Assembly (NCBI GenBank): GCA_963770425.1
Contig: CAVYPQ010000007.1
Location: forward strand, 84,864-148,863
Reading direction: 5' to 3'
DNA: 64,000 bases
From: an uncultured Alphaproteobacteria bacterium
Lineage (GTDB): Bacteria > Pseudomonadota > Alphaproteobacteria > Rhizobiales > Xanthobacteraceae
The translations under genes were made by a program, and so were the position numbers. Below are positions 1-10,269 of this stretch, piece after piece (position 1 is the first letter of the stretch; every line of letters starts with the position of its first letter). Under the pieces are notes generated by a model. It did no database searches, was not told the origin of the DNA, and saw only the letters and a program-made list of their open reading frames with translations.

Positions 1-933
1 GTGCCAGCGCGTCACTTCCTTTTTGATATAGGCTGAAAATTCCGCCGGTGTATTGGCGACGACGTCGAAGCCGAGTTCCTTGCACTTGGCCTGGACGTCC
101 GGCAGCGCAAGCGCCTTGACCATCTCGCGGTTCAACAGAGCGATTACCTCTGGCGGTGTCCCGGCCGGCACGAAGATTCCCTGCATGGTGTCGGATTCCT
201 GATCCTGGACGCCGGACTCGGCCACGGTCGGGACGTTGGGCAGCGTCGCGGCGCGTTTCGCGGCCGCCACGGCGAGAGCGCGCAGATTGCCGCTGACGAT
301 GAGCGGGTAGGCGGGCGGCAGCGTGGCGAAGCCGATCGGCGTCTGATTGGCGACCGTGGCCTGCACGGCGGGCGCGCCGCCGTTGTAGGGCACGCTGGTG
401 GCTTCAAGCTTGAAGGTCAGCTTGAACAATTCCGATGCCAGCATCGGCGTGGTGCCGAGCCCCGAATTGGCGATGGCGTATTTGCCCGGATTGGCCTTGA
501 TGAGCGCGATCAGCTCCTTGACGGTTTTGACCGGCATCGACGGGTGCACGATCAGGAGGTTCGGCGAGTCCACCGCCATCGTCACCGGTGCGAAATCCTT
601 GAACGGGTCGTAGGGTGATTTGGCGTAGAGGCTCGGATTGACCAGGAAACTCGAGCTGGCGACCAGGATGGTGTAGCCGTCGGGCGCCGCGCGGGCGACC
701 TGGGTCATGCCGATATTGCCGCCGGCGCCGGGGTGATCCTCGACATAGAATCTCTGCTTCAGGCTCGATGAAAGCTTGTCGGCCAGGATGCGGCCGACGA
801 GATCGCTCGGGCCGCCCGCGGCGAACGGCGCGATGATCTTCACCGGATGATCGGGGTAGGCGCCGGCGAACGCCGCTCCGAACGGCAGAACCATTCCAAG
901 CACACACGTCAGTCGAATTATCGTCATCCTCAT
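1..933 (-). CDS. Bug/TctC-family tripartite tricarboxylate transporter substrate-binding protein (C-terminus lies beyond the window edge)
   Basis: Not in the ORF track because it is open at the window edge. My own translation from ATG 933 (SD GGGGAGGA just upstream) gives MRMTIIRLTCVLGMVLPFGAAFAGAYPDHPVKIIAPFAAGGPSDLVGRILADKL...HPGAGGNIG...APDGYTILV...GIFVPAGTPPEVI. This shows a signal peptide plus the typical Bug-family motif pattern. Confidence 0.85.
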   Translation of the reverse strand, partial: MRMTIIRLTCVLGMVLPFGAAFAGAYPDHPVKIIAPFAAGGPSDLVGRILADKLSSSLKQRFYVEDHPGAGGNIGMTQVARAAPDGYTILVASSSFLVNPSLYAKSPYDPFKDFAPVTMAVDSPNLLIVHPSMPVKTVKELIALIKANPGKYAIANSGLGTTPMLASELFKLTFKLEATSVPYNGGAPAVQATVANQTPIGFATLPPAYPLIVSGNLRALAVAAAKRAATLPNVPTVAESGVQDQESDTMQGIFVPAGTPPEVIALLNREMVKALALPDVQAKCKELGFDVVANTPAEFSAYIKKEVTRWH

Positions 934-1074
934 GGACTGTCCTCCCCCGGATTGTTCTTGCTATCATCGCTTGTGGCCGCCAGCGAGTAAACCGGCAAAA
1001 GCCTGTCGCGGCGCAGGGGATTCCGACCTAATCTTTGTCCGACCGGATCAACAAGGAAACGCCAAGGAACCATC

Positions 1075-2046
1075 ATGGCTGCAAAGAAAGTGACGCGTGA
1101 CGATCTCCGGCAAGCCGCGGAGAAATATAAGAACTGGGGCAAATGGGGCCCGAACGACGAGATCGGCACGCTCAATTACACAAGCGCCGAAGACATCGTC
1201 GCTGCGGCGCGGCTCGTCAAAAAGGGCAAGGTGATCTCGCTGGCGCTGAATTTCGACAACAACGGTCCGCAAGGCGGCAAGACCAATTATCCGGCGCTCG
1301 GCCGCATCAATCCGCTGCACACCATGCTGCGCACCGGCACCGACGCCTATTCGGGCGTGCTCGACAAGCGCGGCATTCGCGCCGCCGACGACATGGTGGT
1401 GATCCCGCTGCAATGCGGCACGCAGTGGGACGGCCTCGGGCATGTGTTTTACGAAAACAACATGTGGAACGGCTACGATTGCCGCGAGGTGTCGTCGTTC
1501 GGCGCGGCGAAATGCGGTATCGAGAAAACCAAAGACAAAATGGTTGGCCGCGGCGTGTTCCTCGACGTGGCGCGCGCGCTCGGCAAGGAGTGTCTCGACG
1601 ACGGCTACGGCATCACCTGCGATGATCTCGACGTGACGGCTAAAAAGCAGAATGTCCAACTCAAGCGCGGCGATTACATCATCGTGCGTACCGGCCAGAT
1701 GGAGCGCTGCCTCAAGGCCGGAAGCTGGGACGGTTATCCGGGCGGCGACGCGCCGGGCTTTGCGTTCGAGACGCTGGAATTCGTCGCCAAGACCGAGCTT
1801 GCGGCGTTGGCGTCCGACACCTGGGGCTGCGAGGTGCGGCCGAACAATACAGAAGGCGGCATCAATCAGCCCTGGCACTGGATCACCATCCCGATCATGG
1901 GCATGACGATGGGCGAGATTTTTTATCTGAAAGACCTTGCCGAGGACTGCGCCGCCGACGGCGTCTACGAGTTCATGTTCGTGGCGCCCGCGATCCCGAT
2001 CACCGGGGCGGTTGGTTCTCCGACTAATCCGCTGGCGATCAAATAA
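1075..2046 (+). CDS. putative cyclase family protein (kynurenine-formamidase-like fold)
   Basis: 323-aa ORF with AAGGAA upstream. The N-terminal KNWGKWGPNDEIGTLN and the QWDGLGH region are typical of the cyclase/arylformamidase-like family. The long antisense ORF 1048..2196 has low-complexity Arg/Ala composition. Confidence 0.8.
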   Translation: MAAKKVTRDDLRQAAEKYKNWGKWGPNDEIGTLNYTSAEDIVAAARLVKKGKVISLALNFDNNGPQGGKTNYPALGRINPLHTMLRTGTDAYSGVLDKRGIRAADDMVVIPLQCGTQWDGLGHVFYENNMWNGYDCREVSSFGAAKCGIEKTKDKMVGRGVFLDVARALGKECLDDGYGITCDDLDVTAKKQNVQLKRGDYIIVRTGQMERCLKAGSWDGYPGGDAPGFAFETLEFVAKTELAALASDTWGCEVRPNNTEGGINQPWHWITIPIMGMTMGEIFYLKDLAEDCAADGVYEFMFVAPAIPITGAVGSPTNPLAIK

Positions 2047-2092
2047 CGCGCCTATCGCGGTTTCAAAAATGTAAAATCCGCAGGAGGAGACG

Positions 2093-3159
2093 ATGAGAGG
2101 CACAGCGCTGATTGTCACCTTGCTGACAATCCTGATTGCTGCCGGTCCGGTTGCCGCACAGCCATTCAGCGGCAGGACCATCACCGAGATCGTCAACTAT
2201 CCGGCCGGCGGACCGACCGATATCGAGGGCCGCATCGTCGCCCAGCATCTGCCCGATCATATCCCCGGACATCCCGGCGTGATCGTCAAGAACATGGGCG
2301 GCGCGGCCGGCCTGATCGGCTCCAATGCGCTCGGCGAGGCATTGGCCAACGGCGAGACTATTGGCTTTTTCACCATGGAGACCACCACGCAGATCGTGGG
2401 CAATACTGCGATCCACACGCCACTGGCCGATTTCGTGCTGGTTGCCGGCGTGCAGAGTCCCTTGGTCGCCTACATGCGCCGCGACACGCCGCCCGGCGTC
2501 AACGTGCCGGCCGACTTGATGAAGACCAGCGACTTCAGGGCGTTGTCGCTCAATGCGCAGAACTCCAACACGGTCAATCTGGCGCTGGCGCTCGACCTCC
2601 TGGGCGTCAAATATCAGCCGGTACCGGCCTATGTCGGGCTGAAGGAAGTCGAGACCGCGATCCTGCAAAATACTGGGCAGATGGCGAATACATCGCTGTC
2701 CGGATGGATCGGGTCGGCGCAGCCGGCGCTGGGCGACAAGGTCATTCCGATCTGGCAATTGGCGCCGCGCGGCGCCGATGGCGGTTATCCGCGCAGCCGC
2801 AATCTTCCCGGCGTGCAAACCTTCGAGGAATTCTACGCCGCGTGAAAGGCAGCCCGCCACCGGCCGGCGATATCCGTTATCAGACGCTGCGCGCGGTGAT
2901 GGATCCGCAGCTTGCCATGTTCCGCATGGTGCTGCTGCCGCCGAAAACGCCGGCGGGCATCACTGCGACGATGCGCAAGGCCTTCAAGGATCTGTGGGCC
3001 GACAAGGCCTTCCTCGCCGACTATGCCCGCGTGATGAAGACGGAGCCTATTCTGGTGTCGGGCGAAGACGGACAGAAAATCCTCGCCGGGCTTGGCGGCA
3101 TCCGGCCGCAGATCAAACAATTCCTGACCGATTACACCAATCGGCTGGGAGGAAAATAA
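2093..3159 (+). pseudogene. Bug/TctC-like periplasmic binding protein interrupted by one frameshift near 2840 (pseudogene or assembly indel)
   Basis: ORF 2093..2845 has a signal peptide, then NYPAGGPTDIEGRIVAQHL...VKNMGGAAGLIG, and stops at TGA 2843. The sequence continues sensibly in ORF 2704..3159 from VKGSPPPAGDIRYQTL...LPPKTPAGITATMRKAF. Together the two pieces make one Bug-sized protein. Confidence 0.6.
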
Positions 3160-3163
3160 ATCT

Positions 3164-3841
3164 GTGGCGCGGACAGTGAATCGCACCAATAACAAGATCG
3201 CTGTGGCGATGGTTGGCGTCGGCGTTCTGCTCGCTTGCAGCAGCGCTCGCGCCGCGCCGCCGGCGGAAGCGGCGACCTGCGCCGCCTGCCACGGCGCCAA
3301 CGGCATGGGCAACGCGAGCGCCGGCTTCCCGGCACTCGCGGGACTGCCGGCGTCCTATCTCGCAGCGCAGATTACGGGCTTCCAGAAAGGCACGCGCACA
3401 AACCCGATCATGAGCGGCATCGTTGCGAATCTCACGATCGCGCAAATCGGCTCGATCGCCGCCTATTACGCAGCTTTGTCGGTGCCGCAAACACCCGAGC
3501 CGACACCGCTGCCGGGCGGGTCTGGAGCTGCACTTGCCATCGATGGGGACTGGAACCACAGCACCGCCGGTATTCCCGCGTGCAATTCCTGCCACGGCCC
3601 CTACGGGCTCGGGGTCGGTAGCGTGGCGCCTCGGCTCGCCGGGCAACCCAGCACCTATCTGGTGGCCCAGCTTGACGCCTGGCGGAAAGGCAGCCGCAAG
3701 GGTGATCCGCAGGGCCTGATGAAACGTGTCGCCGACAAGCTGAGCGCCGATCAGATCAATGCCGTTGCAGCCTACTATGCGGCGCTTTCGCCGAACCCGC
3801 CGACCTTGCCGAAACCCGGCGCCACGGAGTTGCGCAAATGA
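3164..3841 (+). CDS. tsdB: dihaem c-type cytochrome, cytochrome c4/TsdB-like
   Basis: Signal peptide and two CxxCH haem motifs (CAACH, CNSCH) in two repeated halves (ITGFQKGTR / LDAWRKGSRKG). The stop overlaps the start of the next gene (ATGA at 3838-3841). Confidence 0.6.
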   Translation: MARTVNRTNNKIAVAMVGVGVLLACSSARAAPPAEAATCAACHGANGMGNASAGFPALAGLPASYLAAQITGFQKGTRTNPIMSGIVANLTIAQIGSIAAYYAALSVPQTPEPTPLPGGSGAALAIDGDWNHSTAGIPACNSCHGPYGLGVGSVAPRLAGQPSTYLVAQLDAWRKGSRKGDPQGLMKRVADKLSADQINAVAAYYAALSPNPPTLPKPGATELRK

Positions 3842-4734
3842 ACACTTTTTCGCGCGCTGTCGTGACCTTGATCGCGGCGTTCAGTGCGTTCGGCGCACTT
3901 GCCTCCCTTGCGGATGCTCAAGAGACCGCCCCGAAGCCGATCCCGTTCACGCCGCCACCTGAAAGCGCGATGCCGAGTGGCCCGCTCGGCGATGCGGTGA
4001 GACTTGGCGAGAAAGTGTTCCGCTACACCACCACATATGCGAGCGACGTGATTGGCGCCAAACTCAATTGCACCAACTGCCATCTCGGCGGGGGCTCGAT
4101 TGCTAATTCGAGTCCGCTCTGGGCGGCCTATCCCGCCTATCCGGAGTATCGATCGAAGAACAAGAGGGTCAACGACTACGTCATGCGCCTGCAGGACTGC
4201 TTCCGCTTTAGTGAAAATGGAAAGGTGGTGCCTGCCGACGCCCCGATCATGGTGGCGCTGGAAGCTTATTCCTATTGGCTTGCAACGGGTGCGCCAACGG
4301 GGGCCGAACTTGCCGGCCGCGGCTATCCGAAGCTGCCGGCGCCGGCCTCGCCACCTGACTACGCGCGGGGTGAAGCGGTCTACAAGGCGCAGTGCGCGCT
4401 TTGCCACGGCACTGGCGGCGCTGGCCAATATGTACGCGGCGCGACTGTCTTCCCGGCACTGTGGGGCACCAATTCGTACAACTGGGGCGCCGGCATGGGC
4501 AACATCGACGCGCTTGCCAATTTCGCCAAGGCAAACATGCCGCTCGGCGGCGCCGGCACGCTTTCGGCGCAGCAGGCCTGGGACGTTGCGCAATACATCG
4601 ACAGCCACGAACGTCCGCAGGATCCGCGTTTTGTCGGTTCGGTCGCCGCGACGCGAAAGGAATTCCACGACAGCAAGTTCTCGATGTACGGCGTCACGGT
4701 GAACGGCGTGACGCTCGGCGCACCAGGCAAGTGA
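3838..4734 (+). CDS. tsdA: dihaem cytochrome c, thiosulfate dehydrogenase TsdA-like
   Basis: Signal peptide and CTNCH plus CALCH haem motifs. A conserved Cys sits about 39 residues after the first haem His (LQDCFRFS), and a KANMPLGG segment follows the second haem. This pattern and the gene order after a c4-like gene match the TsdBA arrangement. Confidence 0.55.
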   Translation: MNTFSRAVVTLIAAFSAFGALASLADAQETAPKPIPFTPPPESAMPSGPLGDAVRLGEKVFRYTTTYASDVIGAKLNCTNCHLGGGSIANSSPLWAAYPAYPEYRSKNKRVNDYVMRLQDCFRFSENGKVVPADAPIMVALEAYSYWLATGAPTGAELAGRGYPKLPAPASPPDYARGEAVYKAQCALCHGTGGAGQYVRGATVFPALWGTNSYNWGAGMGNIDALANFAKANMPLGGAGTLSAQQAWDVAQYIDSHERPQDPRFVGSVAATRKEFHDSKFSMYGVTVNGVTLGAPGK

Positions 4735-4777
4735 CAAATTGCGTTGTCCTCAGCTGACAGAATCCAGCTCGCAGAAC

Positions 4778-5458
4778 TCAGCTTACCTTCTCCTTCCGGA
4801 TCGGGCGGCCTTCCAGGCCGGCGTTGCGCGCGTCGCCGAGCGGCCCGCCCGGATGCATCGTGAAGGACAATTCCACACTGGCATAATCGTGGTAGCCGAG
4901 GCGCGCGAGCGGGCGGATCTTCACCACATCGAGCTTGCCGTCGGCGGTGAGCGCATCGTCGCGGATGTGCACGCCGACGACGCGGCCGATCACCACGTGA
5001 TGGACCTGGTCGTGCACGCGCGCCGGCAGCGCCACCGCGCAGTGGAATTTGCATTCCAGATGCACCGGTGATTCTTTGACGCGCGGAGCGCGCACCAGTC
5101 GCGACGGGATCATCTCAAGACCGGCGAGCTTCGCCTCGTCGACATCCGGCGGCACGAACTGGGAGGTGATGTTGACGGCCTCGCGCAACTCATAGGTCGC
5201 CATGTTGACCACGAACTCGCCGGTGTCGGCGGCGTTCTTGGCGCTGTCCTTGCGGCGGCCGCTTTCGGGAAACGAACTTGCCGAGAACATCACGTAGGGC
5301 GGATCGTAGGCGAGGTTGTTGAATTGGCTGTATGGGGCGAGATTGACGATGCCATCATGGCTGACGGTTGAAATCCAGCCGATCGGCCGCGGTACGACGA
5401 TCGACTTGTAAGGGTTGTACGGCAAGCCGTGATTGTCTTTGTCGGGTTCATAAAACAT
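4778..5458 (-). CDS. flavin reductase family protein (FMN-binding split barrel)
   Basis: 226-aa ORF. VVPRPIGWISTVSHDGIVNLAPYSQFN is the canonical flavin-reductase-like domain start. Confidence 0.8.
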   Translation of the reverse strand: MFYEPDKDNHGLPYNPYKSIVVPRPIGWISTVSHDGIVNLAPYSQFNNLAYDPPYVMFSASSFPESGRRKDSAKNAADTGEFVVNMATYELREAVNITSQFVPPDVDEAKLAGLEMIPSRLVRAPRVKESPVHLECKFHCAVALPARVHDQVHHVVIGRVVGVHIRDDALTADGKLDVVKIRPLARLGYHDYASVELSFTMHPGGPLGDARNAGLEGRPIRKEKVS

Positions 5459-5551
5459 CGCGGTCGATCCCTCATGGCGGCTGGATTTCTTTGCGTCAGC
5501 GCGAGCTTACAGCAGTTTTCGTCCAAGCCAACTTGGGGCGGCTCAATGCGC

Positions 5552-6290
5552 TCATGGGCATGGCGGCGCGACACGGATGCCGCGCCAGGAGGCGCGGTCG
5601 ATGGCGCGCTGCACCAGCCCCGAGGCTTTGGCGTCTTCGACAAAGGTGCTGAGATAAGCGAGGCGCGCCGCGTGACCCTTGGCGACCGCCATGCCGATTG
5701 GATTGAATCCGTAGCGTCCGGCGAACAATCGCGAACCAGGCAGCCGCTCCGCATAGTGGCGCAGCACCTCGTGCAGCGAAGCAAACAGATCGGCGCCCCC
5801 GCCTTGGAATATTGCGTAGGTGGCTGCGGGCGTGTCGGCGTAGACCAGCGTCGCGTGCTTGATGATCTTGGCGAGCGCGATCGTCGAGGCGTGATGGCGT
5901 ACGGCGGCGATCCGCACCCCCGGCCGGTCGGCGTCCGCGAGAGTTTGGTACGGCGAGCGTGCCGGCGCCAGCAGCGTGTAGTCCGCTTCGACGAGCGCCG
6001 CCGTGTAATCGAGCTTGGTGGCGCGCTCGGCTTCGATACCGATGATGCCGGCATCGCAGGTCCCTGCAACGATGCTGTCGAGCGCATCGGCGGGATTTGG
6101 ATGCTCGACCGAGCACACCTTGCACGCCGATACGTTCACCGAGTACGGCGACAAGATCGATCGGCCAGCCGCTCAGCGCGCCTGTCACCGGGTCCTTGTG
6201 ATATTGCGGGACATACAGCGCGACGCGAATGCGGCCGGCGTGCAGCAAATCGGCAACGCGCGGATCGGCGGCTGGCTGCGTCTCGCTCAT
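5552..6290 (-). pseudogene. family-3 (amino-acid type) ABC substrate-binding-domain protein interrupted by a frameshift near 6118
   Basis: The N-terminal part MSETQPAADPRVADLLHAGRIRVALYVPQYHKDPVTGALSGWPIDLVAVLGERIGV lies in the frame of ORF 5496..6386. It continues in ORF 5552..6154 with SVEHPNPADALDSIVAGTCDAGIIGIEAERATKLDY... No in-frame stops occur apart from the shift. Confidence 0.6.
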
Positions 6291-6430
6291 GTCGATTCCC
6301 TCAATTGATCCGGCGCGTATCTGACTGCTGCGTACCGCAACTCCGGTGCGCGTTGCCACGCTCGGTCGCTTGTCCATCCTGTCCACCAGTATACAGTGCG
6401 TGTGGAAGCCGGGAATGAAGGCGAGGGGCG

Positions 6431-7402
6431 ATGAAACGGCTTTTCAGCATTGTACTGTGTTGCGCCATCGTCGCGTTGGCGGGCGCCGCGAAGGCGGACA
6501 GCTGGCCGAGCCGGCCGATCAAGCTCATCGTGCCCACCGGTGCGGGCGCCGCCACCGATGTCATGGCGCGGCTCCTTGCCGATGGTGTCTCGCGCACGCT
6601 GGGCCAGACGGTGTTCGTCGAGAACATTCCGGGCGCCTCCGGGATCCTGGGGCACGAGACCGCGGCACACGCCGCATCCGACGGCTACACGCTCCTTTTC
6701 ACCAACTCCTCGGGCATGGCGATCAATCTGATCTCGTTCAAGAAACTGCCGTACGATCCGACGCGGGATTTCACCGCGGTGGCGCTGGTCTGCGATCTGG
6801 CGCCGCAGATGCTGTCGGTGAACGCCAAGTTGCCGATTTCGAGCGTCAGGGCCTTGATCGATTACGGCAAAGCCAATCCGGGCAAGCTCTCGATCGCGTT
6901 CGACAATACCGCGGGTGCCGCCGCCTTCGGTGCCAAGCTGTTCAACAAACGCAGCGGGCTCGGCATGGTCGAGGTGCCGTATCGCTCGGCCGCGCAGGCG
7001 TCGCAGGATATCGCCGCTGGACTTAACCAGGTGATGATGAGTTCGATCATCGCCGCCAATGGCGTGGTGCAATCGGGCGCGGTGCGCCGCCTCGCGATCA
7101 CGTCGGGCAAACGTTTTCCGGGCTTGCCGGACCTGCCGTCGCTCAGCGAGACTCTGCCCGGCCTGGTGATCGACGGCTTCTTTGCCATCGTGGCGCCTGC
7201 GGGCACCTCAAAGGACAAGGTCGCACGGCTCAACCACGAGATCGATCGCTATCTCGCCGACCCGGCGGTGCAGAAGAGACTGCTGACGCTGGGGCTTGCC
7301 ACCGGCGGCGGCGGTACACCCGAAAGTACCGCACAGACGATCCGCCGCGAGCAGGATAACTGGCGCGCCATCGGCAAGGAGCTTGGCGTCGAACCGCAAT
7401 GA
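6431..7402 (+). CDS. Bug/TctC-family substrate-binding protein
   Basis: 323 aa with a signal peptide, then WPSRPIKLIVPTGAGAATDVMARLLA...ENIPGASGILG...ASDGYTLLF. These are canonical Bug motifs. Confidence 0.85.
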   Translation: MKRLFSIVLCCAIVALAGAAKADSWPSRPIKLIVPTGAGAATDVMARLLADGVSRTLGQTVFVENIPGASGILGHETAAHAASDGYTLLFTNSSGMAINLISFKKLPYDPTRDFTAVALVCDLAPQMLSVNAKLPISSVRALIDYGKANPGKLSIAFDNTAGAAAFGAKLFNKRSGLGMVEVPYRSAAQASQDIAAGLNQVMMSSIIAANGVVQSGAVRRLAITSGKRFPGLPDLPSLSETLPGLVIDGFFAIVAPAGTSKDKVARLNHEIDRYLADPAVQKRLLTLGLATGGGGTPESTAQTIRREQDNWRAIGKELGVEPQ

Positions 7403-7409
7403 TCGTGCT

Positions 7410-8627
7410 TCAGTTCGACGGCGCGTATTTGATCCCGGTCAGTGCCGCTATTGCGGCCAGTGCGCTGATGACGGCGGCGAACGTGACATGGGCGACGCGC
7501 ACATCAGTTACCGTTGCCAGGACGCCGACGCCGATCACCGGCAGCGAATTGCCGGCAAACAGCGCAATCAGATAGGTGGAGACGATCTCGCTGCGCCGGT
7601 CCGGCGGTGCGATGCGGTTGATGACTTCCAGACTGCCGCGATAGCCGAGGCCGGCGGCGATGCCGCCGACCGCCGCGGCGAGCAGCAACATCGGCAGCGA
7701 TTTGAAGAGTTCGGCGCCGACCAGGAGCCACACGCTCGGCAACAGCACCGCCAGCGCGCCAAACATGGTCGCCTGGCTGCCGAGCCTTCCGGTCGACAGC
7801 ACCGTGATGGCCGCAATGCCGAACAGCGCAAAGACGACCGCACCCGCCACGATGGGCGCGTGCAGATGCAGGCTGTCGCCCAGCACGTTGGGGATCAGTG
7901 CCGAATAGAAGCCGATCAGGGAGAACGTGCAGAAGCCGGCAACGGCCGGTGAAATGAACGGCAGCCGGATGTTTGGCGGCACGCCGAGCCGCGGTCTCAG
8001 CTCCACGTCGCGCCAGGCTCTCGGATTTTTCACCGTTTCGGGCGGGATCAGGATCGCGGCGCCGACTGCGAACAGCACCACGAGATAGACGTAAAACGGC
8101 AGCCGCAGAGGTGACGGCGCCAGTTGGGCCAGCAGCCCGCTTAGCAGCGGTCCAGCGGCATTGCCGAAGAAGTTGGCGGCCGCGGCGATTCTGGCGGCGG
8201 CGCCGCGCTTCGAACCGGTGTAGAGCTCCGCGACCCAGGCCGTGGCCGTGCCGGACACGAGGCCGGTAGCAAAACCGCTCAGCGCCCGCCCGGCAAACAG
8301 CCACGGCGTACTCGAGGCCGCCGCGAACACGATCGCGCTGAGGATGGCGACGCCGATCGCCGGCAGGCTCACCTTGCGGCGCCCGATCTGGTCCGACAAA
8401 CGGCCGAAGAACAACAGCGCCATCAGATTCCCCAGCACGTACACCGCGTAGATCAGCGTGAGCATCACGCCGGAGAATCCGAACGCCTCTCTGTAAAGCG
8501 GATAAAGCGGCGTCGGCAAAATGGCGCCGAGGAAGACCGCCGCAAGCTCTGCGGCAACAATCGTGAGGGCAACTGCGCTGCCGCGCCGCCGGCCGGCTGC
8601 TGTGCTGGTCGAGGCGTGCGAACTCAT
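7410..8627 (-). CDS. MFS transporter
   Basis: Multi-TM protein with the MFS loop motif FGRLSDQIGRRK. I prefer the start at ATG 8627, 4 nt after the amidase stop at 8632, which implies an amidase-MFS operon. Confidence 0.8.
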   Translation of the reverse strand: MSSHASTSTAAGRRRGSAVALTIVAAELAAVFLGAILPTPLYPLYREAFGFSGVMLTLIYAVYVLGNLMALLFFGRLSDQIGRRKVSLPAIGVAILSAIVFAAASSTPWLFAGRALSGFATGLVSGTATAWVAELYTGSKRGAAARIAAAANFFGNAAGPLLSGLLAQLAPSPLRLPFYVYLVVLFAVGAAILIPPETVKNPRAWRDVELRPRLGVPPNIRLPFISPAVAGFCTFSLIGFYSALIPNVLGDSLHLHAPIVAGAVVFALFGIAAITVLSTGRLGSQATMFGALAVLLPSVWLLVGAELFKSLPMLLLAAAVGGIAAGLGYRGSLEVINRIAPPDRRSEIVSTYLIALFAGNSLPVIGVGVLATVTDVRVAHVTFAAVISALAAIAALTGIKYAPSN

Positions 8628-8631
8628 GCGA

Positions 8632-10143
8632 TCAGAACGTCGTCCAGTCGCCGGCGCGCTCGAACGCCGCGGCCGCACGGTAGATCGTGCTCTCGTCGTA
8701 GGGGCGCCCGACCAGCATCACGCCGATCGGGCGGCCGTCCTCCATGCCGCACGGGATGCTGATGGCCGGATGACCGGAGACGTTGAACGGACAAGTATTC
8801 CGGGTCGCCTCCCAGCTGCGCCGCGTAATTTCCTGCGGCGAGGCGCCCTTCGCCGGAATCGGCGTCGCCTTGATGGGCGCTGTCGGCATCAACAACAGGT
8901 CATGGGCGGCGAGCGCGCGATTGTACGCGGCGCGCAGCCGCCTGCGGATGTTCTGCGCCTTGCCGTAGTAATAGCCGCCGTAGCGGGAGACCGTGTACTT
9001 GCTGAAGATCGAAGCGATCTTGATCGTGTCGGCAAAATCGTCAGCGCGGTCGCGCCAGCCCATCGTCTTGTTCATCAGGCTGGTCACGTAAAGACCTTCG
9101 TGGTTGATGCCGGCGCCATTCATTTCCAGAAGCGTGATGCACGCCGCGTCGCCGCGGATCGCGGCCCAGACGGCCAGACCCTGGAGATGCTCGGGCAGCG
9201 AGATGTCCTCGACCGTAGCGCCGAGGCCGGTGAAGCGCTTCGCGGCATCGCGCACGCGGGCGTCGACGTCCGGCTCGGAATTGGCGTGGCCGAAGCCTTC
9301 CTTGACCACTCCGATGCGCAAGCCCTTGATGCCGGCTTCGAGCCCATTGGTGTATTCGCCGGTCGGCACACCGCGCTGGCGTGAGTCGATGCCGTCCGGT
9401 CCGGCGATGACTTCCAGCAACAACGCATTGTCGCGGACATTCATGGTCATCGGCCCGCAGGCGTCGATGGTCATCTCCAGCGGCGCGATGCCGGTATAGG
9501 GCACGAGACCGAAGGTCGGCTTCAGCCCGACAATGCCGCAATAGCTTGCCGGAATGCGGATCGAGCCGGCCTGATCGCCGCCGATCGCCATGTCGACGTC
9601 GCCCGCGGCGACGAGCGCGGCGCTGCCTGACGAGGAGCCGCCGGTGGTGTAGCCCGGCTTGCGGGGATTCTGCACCGGGCCGGTCGATGAGGTGTGGCTG
9701 CCGCCGGACACGCAATAATATTCGCACACCGCCTTGCCGGCGATTTCGCCGCCGGCATCGAGGATGCGTTCGACGATAGTGGCGTCGACATCGGGTACAT
9801 AGCCTTCGAGCACGTTGGCGCCGATCATCATCGGCACGCCGGCGAGGCAGACGTTGTCCTTGAGCGCGATGCGCCGTCCGGCAAGCTTGCCGCCCGGCTT
9901 GCCCTTGATCGATGTTTTTACATACCAGGCGCCGTAGCGGTTCTCGTCGCCCTGGGGACGATGAAACGACCGTTGCGGGTATTTCACCGGCGGCAATTCG
10001 TCCGGCATGGCGTCGAGCGCCGCATAGGCCTGCGACAGCGTCCCGGCGATTTCCTCGGCCGCCCGCAGATAGTCGTCGCTCGGATGCATGCCGAGGGCGT
10101 GCGCCGCCTGCCGCAGGTCCGCAATGCTCGGTTTTTCAAACAT
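8632..10143 (-). CDS. amidase (amidase-signature family)
   Basis: 503 aa. The GGSSSGSAALVAAG signature and the preceding KDN...AG.PMM region are typical of AS-family amidases. Confidence 0.9.
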   Translation of the reverse strand: MFEKPSIADLRQAAHALGMHPSDDYLRAAEEIAGTLSQAYAALDAMPDELPPVKYPQRSFHRPQGDENRYGAWYVKTSIKGKPGGKLAGRRIALKDNVCLAGVPMMIGANVLEGYVPDVDATIVERILDAGGEIAGKAVCEYYCVSGGSHTSSTGPVQNPRKPGYTTGGSSSGSAALVAAGDVDMAIGGDQAGSIRIPASYCGIVGLKPTFGLVPYTGIAPLEMTIDACGPMTMNVRDNALLLEVIAGPDGIDSRQRGVPTGEYTNGLEAGIKGLRIGVVKEGFGHANSEPDVDARVRDAAKRFTGLGATVEDISLPEHLQGLAVWAAIRGDAACITLLEMNGAGINHEGLYVTSLMNKTMGWRDRADDFADTIKIASIFSKYTVSRYGGYYYGKAQNIRRRLRAAYNRALAAHDLLLMPTAPIKATPIPAKGASPQEITRRSWEATRNTCPFNVSGHPAISIPCGMEDGRPIGVMLVGRPYDESTIYRAAAAFERAGDWTTF

Positions 10144-10269
10144 CAGTTCCTCACCGTGAAATCCGACTTGCGCAGACGTGAACGGGCCGTGATGCCGTTC
10201 CGGGTTGCGCTTTGCCCCCTATCGATTACGTTTGGGTACGTACCATCATTCTGACCCGGCAGCACAATC

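Noticed and set aside
1048-2196. 382-aa minus-strand ORF covering the whole cyclase gene. Similar long antisense or out-of-frame ORFs include 3775..4737(-), 5429..6418(+), 15290..16147(+), 34081..35220(+), 36201..37364(-), 51420..52619(+) and 53293..54348(-).
   Set aside because: Their composition is Arg/Ala/Gly/Pro/His-rich and low-complexity, with no recognisable motifs. Each lies entirely opposite or out of frame to a gene with clear family signatures. This is the usual stop-codon-poor artefact of high-G+C DNA.
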